This document shows positions 34,443 through 43,944 of a DNA stretch of 43,944 nucleotides, piece after piece. The stretch's first letter is position 1; each line of letters starts with the position of its first letter. This DNA comes from Nemertoderma westbladi (taxonomy: Eukaryota > Animalia > Xenacoelomorpha). Location: contig JAUCBJ010004139.1 of NCBI GenBank assembly GCA_032718475.1, forward strand, positions 1 through 43,944, read 5' to 3'. A program made the position numbers and the translations under genes. The notes beneath the pieces are model-generated. The model did not search any database, had not been told where the DNA came from, and saw only the letters and a program-made list of their open reading frames with translations.

Positions 34443-36670
34443 GTACTACTAGTACTACTACTAGGATCGGCATGCTGCATTGCAGCTGCATTTTTAAGAA
34501 TGCTGTGCCGGCTTGTCAACAAAATTGCACCGCCACAACTCCCTATCACCCATGACATTTGCTAGATCATCCGCATCTTTAAGGCCAGTGTCCTTTAAGA
34601 TGCGTCTCAAGAAAGTCATGGGCTGTCCACCATGCTTATTCACTCCATGAGGCTGCCAAAGTACAAGATTATGCACTGGCTGGTCCTCACGGCGAAAGCA
34701 ATGTCCTGCAAAGCGGAGGCGATTTTGTTCTAGTGTCAAGCTTGGGGGAACCAATGAGACACCTCCAATGTTATATAATGTCTGGTTGGAGATGTGTGCA
34801 TTGTACTTGACACAATGAACCCGGCGTAGCATTCTTGTGAATGTGCCATCCAGAGATTTGATGTCCTCAGCAGTTAGAGCCCAGCATGGACTCCCGTAGA
34901 GGAGTACTGGAACTACTGATGCTCTAAATAATCGGACCTTAAGTTTCCGATTAATTCTCGGTGACTTCCAAATCCTGGAAAGCCTATTCAAGGCTGCCCA
35001 TGCCTTTCCCTTACGTATTCGAAGGTCCTCACCTGACTTCCGGATCCATGATCCCAGGTAACAGAAGTCGTCCACATGCTCAAGCATACCATCCTTTGAG
35101 CTTATGCTCATCCGATCAGAGACTTGCTGAGGACTTTCAAAGTTAACTGTCAGAATTTTGGTCTTTCTGGAGTTAATAAAAAGACCAACACTAGAAGCAG
35201 CATGTTCTAATGAGCTGAGGAGCTGTTGGGCTCCCTCTAATGATTCTGAGAGTACTCCTAAGTCATCAGCAAAGTCTAGATCAGTTAGGTACTTGGCAGG
35301 ATTTCCTCGACTTCTGGAGCCAGTAGGTGGAGTTATCATCACCCCATCATCATTATGATGATCTAAGGTCATGCGTAGAACATAGTCAACCACAATTATG
35401 AACAAGAATGGTGCAAGTGTGTCTCCCTGGAGGACGCCCCATAACACTTCAAATGGTTCTGTGTCACCGTCAACAGTAGACACAAATGTTGTCGAACCAT
35501 CGTATACTGATCTGATTGCTGCAATAATTTCAGGATTTCCTCGACTTCTGGAGCCAGTAGGTGGAGTTATCATCACCCCATGATCATTATGATGATCTAA
35601 GGTCATGCGTAGAACATAGTCAACCACAATTATGAACAAGAATGGTGCAAGTGTGTCTCCCTGGAGGACGCACCCTTCAAATGGTTCTGTGTCACCGTCA
35701 ACAGTAGACACAAATGTTGTCGAACCATCGTATACTGATCTGATTGCTGCAATAATTTCATCAGGAATCCCATATAATGAAAGTCTGTTGAACATACGTG
35801 AGCGAGAGACTGAATCAAAGGCCTTGAAGAAGTCAACAAAGATAACAGCCAGATGTCTGTCTTTCCTTTTTGATAACTCTTCAATTATCCTTCTAAGTGC
35901 CAAAATGGGCTCCATGGTCCCACGACCTTTACGGAACCCATTCTGATTTCCACGGAGCAGTCTCTCAATGGGATCCATGATGCGATTTAATATAATTCTA
36001 TTGTATAGCTTTGCAGCAATCGAGATCAATGAGATTCCCCGAAAAGAACCATTGAGTGTTAGGTTGCCCTTCTTGGGAACTGGCACCTACTTATTTGTTT
36101 TCATTTCTTGTGGGACTCTTGTTGTTCGGTACTTGTCTACTATGATTGGATAGATTAGCTTTAAACACTCAGGTATTTTAAAGACCTCAGGGGGAACACC
36201 ATCTACTCCACTGGCACGATTGGTCTTAATACTCTTTGCAGCAGCCTTCACTTCTGCAAAGGAGATATCGCCAATGGGAATATCTGGGAGTACAGACTCA
36301 GATACTTTTACTTCTATAAAGTTATCAGGCAATACCCGTCATTATTGAGGAGCTTTTCATGGCCTTCCAACCATTGAGGCGATCGGTTGGTGATTCAGCC
36401 TTAACCTTGGAGATTGGTGGGCTTTTCCGGCAAGAACCTCATACTTGTTGCTCAGCTGTAGTGTGAAGCTGGATCTCACACTTGGCTGTTGCAACAGAGA
36501 GGACCCGTCATGCCGCGGCAAGGTAGATTTCGTTGTTCTGCTAGCACGCAGACTAAGTCTTACCTTGGCCACAATACGGCGGTAATCACTGGAGAAGGGT
36601 CAAAGTGTAAATGCATTACAGTCTTGTATACTGTAGAGCTCCTGTATTTCCTACGAAACAGAATATGGGC
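34443..36670 (-). mobile_element. RTE-clade-like LINE, 5'-truncated and degenerate
   Basis: End of APE endonuclease (HILFRRKYRSS..SSDYRRIVAKVRLSLRA), then ASGVDGVPPEVFK, PVPKKG, FRGISL, QNGFRKGR, FVDFFKAFDSV, GVLQGDTLAPFLF, LDFADDL, FCYLGS, LLYGS and RLRFAGHC. Short 3' UTR with a (TAG)n-like tail at 34443-34462. In-frame stop at 36087. Confidence 0.92.
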
Positions 36671-37303
36671 ACTCAAACACAAACACCCAAACATAAAGAC
36701 ACTCAAAAATATCGTATTATCCAAATCCAACTATATTAAATTCGATTTTTGGCGTTTTAAAGTTTATCCTACTTCGTTTTTTTTTCGTCCGTACCAGACG
36801 CAGACAAACACCAAAAATGATAGACGTTATCACGAATATTTTTTAACGAGTTGTATCGTGATCAGCGGCTTTGAAAACCAGTATAGCTTCAGAATTACCA
36901 AACCAAAGGTAAAATTTAACAGTGTGAAATTTTTGCTACTTGTACTTTTCGTACTGGGGCATCAGAATGGCACCAAAAATGATATTTGCATTTCCAGAAA
37001 TATTTTTAACTAGTTTCATCGAGGTCAACGAGCCAGCGACCCCGAATAACACAAAAAGTATTAGTTTGACATTATTTTACTTGTATTTTTTCGACCTGAG
37101 AGACCAAAATAGCACCAAAAATGTTAGCTGCATTGCCAGAATATATTTGCAACAAGTTTTATCGTGATCAGCGACCTAGAAAACCCTTATACCATCAAAA
37201 CTATAATTTTTGAGACAAGATCTAAAAAATTTCTAAAAAAGACCCCCACCCCTCCCCCCTCGAGCCAATATGTAGTAAAATAACCCGGGCCAGATAGGGT
37301 TAA
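36671..37303. mobile_element. Partial non-autonomous DNA-element-like repeat ending GGG-TTAA
   Basis: Internal repeats GTGATCAGCG..GAAAACC / CACCAAAAATG; terminus AACCCGGGCCAGATAGGGTTAA. Loosely similar reverse-oriented sequence at about 8540-8860. Confidence 0.4.
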
Positions 37304-38303
37304 AAGTACCGGTAACTCAGGATTACGGTAGTAACTAGTACTGAATATGGATATCTTAATTCCGCATTAAACACATAGTAGAGTTAGAGTAGAGTAATAT
37401 AACGTATCCTGGTCCTCAAATCATAAACGACACTATATTCCAGGATATGATTACAATTACAATTATTATATTTAATTCCTTGTTTTAAATATAGCAAATT
37501 AATGTACAATCCAAAATAACACCCAACACTGTGATGTAATACCAGTCGAGGTTAATGAACTCATAACCTGACATGGGCGCCAGAATATCATTATTACAAT
37601 ATTAACTGTAATTCTCAAGAATGATTATTTTCGCTCAGATTATTGACCTTCGGTTAATGTATTATAAACATTAGGTGATGGGCTTATTGAGTTTGGATAT
37701 TAGATAGGTATACCATATACTACTACTGTGTAGTTTATTGACCTTTGTTTGATGTATTGTAAAACATCTGGTGACGGGTTAATTGAGTTGAGATATAGTT
37801 TATATCATTATCTTGGTGTAAAAAAGATTTATTGTTACCAACACCGATCGTGTTGGATTTAATAATTTCAAAGATTAATATAGGTAACATTTATGTTTCT
37901 ATAAGTTATATTTTGAACTTACATATTATGTATCTTATATTGATACCACAACAAACACCAATTCATGTATTCAGTAAAATATTGAGAATAGGGATCGAGT
38001 GTTAGGGTGGAATAGGTAAGGATAAGGAAACGGTAAGCTAGCTAATAGCAAAGCTAGTAGACGCTAACTACCGGAGGTGGGGGTAGGGGGGGGGGGGGGG
38101 GGGGGGGTGATGTCACAATTGTGTACTTATAATTTAGAGTTTTCTGATATGTTTATACATTTGCACTAGTAATGGGACGGTATGGCATGTTGGGGGAAGG
38201 GGGGGTGTATTGAATGTCAGTTGGTAGCCTGCCATTTCTAGAATTTTGTATAATTTAATTTAATAAGTTGAGGTTTGATAATACATTAGCATATTAGCTA
38301 TGG

Positions 38304-38582
38304 GGCCCATGTGAAGAATACCAGACTTTCTGCCGTTATATTTAACTTTGCAGTTACCCCATGTGAAGAATCCCAGGTTTTCACCAAAAACACAGGCTAC
38401 AGAAGGGCTGAATCTAACCAAAACAATAAACTAATTAGTATATGTGAAGGTTAACAGACAGAAATAAGCGCTATAAAACAATTAATAAAGATAAATAAAA
38501 AAAAAAATAAAAAATCTTCATATATAAAATTCCATTAAAAAGTCGACTGAAAAGTGAAATCCTGGTATTCTTCACATGGGCG
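38304..38582. mobile_element. MITE with 8-bp TSD, Merlin-like (GG terminus)
   Basis: AGCTATGG is duplicated at 38296-38303 and 38583-38590. TIR (G/C)GCCCATGTGAAGAATACCAG, with a third internal copy at about 38358. Confidence 0.8.
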
Positions 38583-39420
38583 AGCTATGGTGTAGTCAAG
38601 TAGTAGCAATATTCCATGTCATATCAATAATTGCAGTAAATAATAATTTCCATAAATAATATCAGTTCCTCATTATATTGAAGTCGTAATCGTTTAATAT
38701 CATCTTTTGATAAAGATAGCCGCTGGTTACTGAATATATCGCCCGTCGAAATATACTAATGTTGCGGAATGTCAATGGTGCCTAACAGCATGAATGGCTG
38801 AATGGGATGCCTAACGTAGCAGTAGCGCGGTGCAGTGAGTAGTGCACACACGGAATTATACACTTCATTTCCGGACCAGTACTGTAGTACTGAAGTAGAA
38901 GGAATGGAAATTTTGCTTGTGTCATCTCGCTTTCGATTACTAATGATGAATTCAACAAACCAAAACAGCCTAGTATGGTTTAATGGTTATACCATGGGGG
39001 GATGTATTTTGAGTAATTTTATCAATCCAGAAAGGTGTTGGTTGATATGGTATGGGTGCTAAGAACTCCTCATATCTCGAAAACTACTGGAGCTATTAAC
39101 TTTTCATTTGTCTCATCTGAAAGACGATATAATTTTAGTTACGGACAAGTACTTTCGACGCCCTAGACACTAAATGTATGGGCTTTGCAGCCGCTTGGCG
39201 GGTCGTCGTATCTATAGTAGGTCATGGCGATAAATAAAAACGAAATATCCATTATCCAACGATTATACAGATAATTATTAATGGCGATAATAATAGCCCA
39301 TAAGTAGCACAGATAAAGAATTACCTCGTCCGTTTCACCATGGATATTCAATATAAAGCTAATTCTACACAAATTTACACAAAAATAAAAAAGTAAAACT
39401 CAAAAATTATTATTGGGAAG

Positions 39421-41589
39421 CTAATCCGGCAGGAGGTAGAACTGTGATCGAACCTGTACCATCGGTACCGTCCATTGGGAGTTCTCCTCCCCTAGATGTT
39501 TAACCCTCGCGCTCCACTCCACGCGATGGGCGGCATGCAACGCCCCCGCCTCGTGTTTCTGCCGCTGAATTAACTGATCTTTAAGTCGCGTGAAGGTAGT
39601 ATCGTTGTCCTCCAGCCAGTGGTTGAACTGTCGGACGTTGAAGCGGTCCCGTATGGATACCGATTTACCCGCGGTCTCCTCTGAGTTGTAGACCTCGGCG
39701 TCCCGAAGTACGACGCTCGCGCTCAACGGGACCGACTGGTTGACGAGCGCACGCGCTGCTCGCGAATGGGCCCGGATGACCTCCGACTCGCAGGCCAGTC
39801 GCAACCGCTGCTGCTCGATAATGTGGCGGACCCGCAGCGCGAACCTCTGTGACTCCTGTACCTCGAACAACGAGCGCAACGAGGGGCTCGTGTGGCAGGA
39901 GAGCGCGAGTTTCGGTACGGAACTCAACCCGTAGCGGTTCGACTCGAGGAGGTAGTTCCCAGACACCGATAGGAACTTATCGAACCCGGGCGGGGCCCGG
40001 GGTACCACGACTCGTAACGACTTCCTCCGGCTCTCCAACTGCTTCCGAATCTCGATAAACAACTGGAAGGAGGTTTTGAAACGCTTCCGGCCCTCGGCGA
40101 TCGGGTCGTACGCGTCGATGTTGTGGTCGACGACGGTTACGACTTCCTCAGTTGTCGCGCGCGGCGGCATCTCGTAATGCCGATAGAGCTTCCGTTTCTT
40201 TGGATGGTCGTGTAGACGGTTGGTGACGGCGGGCGCGGCGATGTACAGGCCGGGTTTCCGACGAACCCGACGTGCAGGCGGCTCCTCGATTGGTTTAATT
40301 GCCACCTCCGATGGGTTCGCGGAGTCCGCCAGACACTCCGTGGCCGCAGGCGTGGAAGAACCTGAATTCTCGCTCCTGAAGTCGAATATAGAGTCGGTCG
40401 GTTCGGGAGCCGACGGCGGTGGCTGGACACGGGGCATCTTTATTCGCTTCCCCGCGGATCGTTTGAACCGCATCCGGAGGCTAATGAGATCCGCGATGCG
40501 ACGGTTCCGTTTCGGCGTCCGGTGGAGGTTTCGGACAGCGGCGGACGGGACCGCCGCCGGACTACGAGAGGCTAGGCGCTTCGCCAGAGTCGATTTCGCG
40601 GATTTCGATACGTTTTGTCGCTTCCGTGTCGCTGATTTCAACGGATTTGTAGAGGCGCGGCGCGACTGCGCGGGGGTTTTATTTCCTCGTCGCGGCGTCG
40701 GCGACTGTGATGTAGATGGCCGAGTATCCGCGGGTTCGGGAACCGCGTCGATTGGGAAGAAAACGTTCCCTCTGTTCTGTTCCGTTCCGTCTGTATCGGA
40801 AACCGCTCCCTCGGTGTCGGAGCCCGGAGAGGACGGCATCGATCCCGCGAGCAACTCGAGGTATTCCTCGCGGTTCTTGGCAACTTCGAGCGGAGTCGCG
40901 CCGGAGTCGTTGCGGATCTCCGCGTCCGCGCCGTTCCGCAACAGGATCCCGATGATCCGGGAGTGGCCGTTGATGGCGGCGTCGTGGAGCGGCGTAATCC
41001 CGTCGAGTCCGTGGACGTTGGGATCGGCGCCCGCGTCGAGGAGGAGTTTAACGACTCTGTAGTTTCCGTGGTTCGCGGCCTCGTGTAGAGGCGTCCACAG
41101 CGCGTTATCCCGCGCGTCGATGTTAGCTCCTTCTACGATCAGGTTGCTCGTCTGCGCCACGTCCCCTTTTATCGCGGCGAGGTGCAGCGGGGATTCGCCT
41201 CGTGTATTCAGTTTACTTATTTTTTTATTTGAGACGGGAGTTTTGCGTTGCGCAGCGGCCGGCGTTGTAGGCGAAACGCAGGGAGAACTCGCCTCCGGTT
41301 GCGCTGTTAGTTGCATCAACATCTGTACTTGTTGTCGTTCCGATAGACGGACGGGTTTCCAATTACCATCCTCGTCCGCGTGTTTCTTGCGTTTCCCGCT
41401 AGATGATGGTTTGGGGGTTGGAGTTTCGATTATTTCCACGTGTTTTCGCACGGATGAGGAGACGCTGCTGGGGGCCGGGGAAGGAAGTGGCGATTCTGCC
41501 AAAATAGAAGACACCACTGGTACAGTAAGGGAACTATCTTGCGTGGATGGTGGCGGCTGGGGTGATGATGTTGGAGGTCTAAACGCCAT
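39421..41589 (-). CDS. ANKRD11/12: Ankyrin repeat domain protein 11/12 (ANCO) orthologue, compact and intronless, 722 aa
   Basis: LSERQQVQMLMQLTA motif; three ankyrin repeats (RGESPLHLAAIKGD, WTPLHEA, GLDGITPLHDAA); conserved C-terminal repression domain (HSRAARALVNQSVPLSA, DAEVYN, RDRFNVRQF..WL.D.D, RQKHEAGALHA). Confidence 0.93.
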   Translation of the reverse strand: MAFRPPTSSPQPPPSTQDSSLTVPVVSSILAESPLPSPAPSSVSSSVRKHVEIIETPTPKPSSSGKRKKHADEDGNWKPVRLSERQQVQMLMQLTAQPEASSPCVSPTTPAAAQRKTPVSNKKISKLNTRGESPLHLAAIKGDVAQTSNLIVEGANIDARDNALWTPLHEAANHGNYRVVKLLLDAGADPNVHGLDGITPLHDAAINGHSRIIGILLRNGADAEIRNDSGATPLEVAKNREEYLELLAGSMPSSPGSDTEGAVSDTDGTEQNRGNVFFPIDAVPEPADTRPSTSQSPTPRRGNKTPAQSRRASTNPLKSATRKRQNVSKSAKSTLAKRLASRSPAAVPSAAVRNLHRTPKRNRRIADLISLRMRFKRSAGKRIKMPRVQPPPSAPEPTDSIFDFRSENSGSSTPAATECLADSANPSEVAIKPIEEPPARRVRRKPGLYIAAPAVTNRLHDHPKKRKLYRHYEMPPRATTEEVVTVVDHNIDAYDPIAEGRKRFKTSFQLFIEIRKQLESRRKSLRVVVPRAPPGFDKFLSVSGNYLLESNRYGLSSVPKLALSCHTSPSLRSLFEVQESQRFALRVRHIIEQQRLRLACESEVIRAHSRAARALVNQSVPLSASVVLRDAEVYNSEETAGKSVSIRDRFNVRQFNHWLEDNDTTFTRLKDQLIQRQKHEAGALHAAHRVEWSARVKHLGEENSQWTVPMVQVRSQFYLLPD

Positions 41590-43117
41590 TTTCCTGTTTA
41601 CAGGTTTATCTATACCTGTATACCTGTATACAGCTATATAATTCTAGGTCCAAGTCAGCAAGTTCAATGGGCCTAGTCCTGTAGTGCTGTCAGACTGTAG
41701 TCTGATAGTACTGTACCGGTAGTAGTCGAATTGAATTTGGTTTAATCAGATAATGACGCATCAATTAAAATTTTCACATACAAGAAATATAGAAACATAA
41801 GGCACCACAAGCAGGCCCGTATCGTGCGGGGGGGGGGGGGCTTTGGGGGCACTGCCCCCCCCCCCCCCCCCCCCAGACAAGTCCCACTGCCCCCCCAGAC
41901 ATGTCTTGTTACTGTCTTGTCACAATTAATTAATAATAATATTGTTGTTGTTGACCCCACTGATCAATATTATTGGATACACATTGATACACTTATAATA
42001 GGATACACCTTTCTACATACTGACCTGACTCCCCACCATCCCATTTTGGTCCAATTATATAATACTACATGACATTGACCTACCTACCTGTAATTACTAC
42101 AAAATACCCGAAAGCTCCAGGTTCTCTCATTGGCTACCAGTGGTTGTTTGTTGTTGACCCATTGTCTATTTGTCTGTAATTTGGGAGCCAGCTTGCAGCT
42201 AAAAGTCTAGGCGCTGAGGGTTGCTTGCGCTGGTATCCATATCTATAATTTGTTGTAACTTAACCTTAACCATATTATACCTGAAGTGGGTCCTTCGCGC
42301 AGCACGTGACATAAACTTATGTAAGTGCCAACGCGAAAGAAATATAGGCAAAATCTAAGCAGATGTCCCTTGATCACTTTACTCCTAGAGGCAGTCTAGG
42401 TCACAGTCTGGAAATCTGCAGTCGATTTAAGACCTCAGAAAAAGATTAAATGACACAGCAAATGGTCTAGTACAATTCTGCCAAGTTTCCGCTGAAACGG
42501 ATTAAAAGCAAAGAAATGGGAGGACATTTAATGCTCAGACATGTAGCCATCTAGCGGGAGACTGCTGAACTGTTTGTGTCAAAAGTCGCTAAATGATATC
42601 AAGTTTTGGACATATTTATGCCTACAAATTCTTCACACTTCGACAAGTTATTTGAATGTTACGTTAATTAAATCGTTACGTCAACAACTATTTGCCATTT
42701 TATTGACATACTCCTTAAGTGTCAGTTCGCCAAGGCTCCGCCAACTTCGTGGCTTGCCCCACACGCTCTTCAACAATATTGACTTTTTATGTACTAAATT
42801 AACTCTCACTTTGCTGTATGTCCCCACAAATCCAGTTAAAGGTTTACCCCCCCAGATATTATGATCACCATACGGGCCTGACCACAAGAGTAATTTAAGT
42901 AAAATATATATACAGTACCGGACCGGTATAATTAATTAATAATAATAAAAATATTGACAAAAACATAACTTTAAAATATTACTATAACAACTAAATTATT
43001 ACAGGATATTGAACTGTTAATTACGGGGTGGGGGGATATAAACAACGTCCATCGTCCATCGTGTCCTTCCAGGAGCCCTTGCAATAAGGTAGAAGATCCA
43101 CATTACAGAGGGGGGTC

Positions 43118-43500
43118 TTACACAGTTGTGCATAAAACTATATTGGATGGGAGACTGTTCCAGGCAGATACACGCCAAACTGCGAAATGATTTTTAAATA
43201 TACAGTTTGTTGATCGTGGAAGGAATATCTTACACCCATTTCCTCTGGTTGATCGCGTAACAAACCGAAAAATATTATTAGCACTGAGGGGACTCAGACC
43301 GTTTATTAGTTTGAACATTTCGACTAAGTCATTTTATATTCTGCGATATTCCAGGCACTTGGCACCGAACCTTGCTAATGTGTCGGCATAGCTGGGCCTG
43401 GGACCAAACATACCAGGAAGGTAACGGATGAAAGATCGCTGGGAACGTTCCAGAATGTCTATATCATTATCGCGACTAGGGCACCATATTGAACTAATAT
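43118..43500 (-). mobile_element. 3' fragment of a CR1/L2-type LINE ORF2
   Basis: SSIWCP...LERSQRSF...SYADTL...LEYRR*.DLVEMFKLING...TRG...AWNSLP are typical CR1 C-terminal motifs. Confidence 0.8.
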
Positions 43501-43809
43501 GATACTGTATATACAGGAGGAGTCTACAGGAGAGTCACTCGTTTAATTTTCCGGTTTATGTTTAATATTCAGGATTGTTACTTAATCAATTTATGAATTT
43601 AATAATTTCAATAACTTTTGTTATTAATAATAGTAATCAATAATTTGATTGATTGATTGAAGTTGAAGTTTTTTATTACACCAAAACACTATAGAAACAA
43701 TAATAGAGACGCAAATGGAAACAAATTATATCTTCTTAAACTAAACAAACATGACTCGACTATGTGGGAGGTCACAAGTATAATATATTCACGGATAGTA
43801 CTCTACACG

Positions 43810-43882
43810 AATCTGGACCGAACTGGACCGAACTGAACCGAACTGGATCGAAAGAGAGGCGAACTGGACCGAACTGGACCGC
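43810..43882. repeat. 10-bp tandem repeat (CTGGACCGAA)
   Basis: Visible directly. Confidence 0.8.
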
Positions 43883-43944
43883 CAAATGAAAGATAATGCA
43901 AAAACAACACCCATGCAGACAAGTGAAAATAAATATTGAAATAA

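Noticed and set aside
40220-41641. 280-aa and 173-aa plus-strand ORFs
   Set aside because: Antisense shadows of the GC-rich ANKRD11/12 CDS.

Overview
AT-rich, repeat-dense genomic DNA from an invertebrate animal. The centre is an 18.3-kb BEL/Pao LTR retrotransposon on the minus strand (16112-34442). Its 650-bp LTRs are near-identical. It has a ~3-kb repetitive leader and a very long gag-pro-pol polyprotein that is broken by two in-frame stops, two frameshifts and a palindrome-bearing MITE. Unusually, a ~5-kb region between integrase and the 3' LTR carries extra non-env ORFs encoding a triple CCHC zinc-knuckle, basic-tailed protein. I see no canonical PBS, PPT or TSD; instead, the sequence at the PBS position is complementary to a tract just upstream of the 3' LTR. 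Host genes, all on the minus strand, are an intronless EEF1E1/AIMP3, an intronless, compact and GC-rich ANKRD11/12, and a scrambled 3' fragment of a non-muscle myosin II heavy chain gene. The rest consists of three LINE remnants, several MITEs (piggyBac-, Tc1/mariner-, hAT- and Merlin-like), minisatellites and poly-G tracts. All calls come from reading the sequence by eye; no searches were run.
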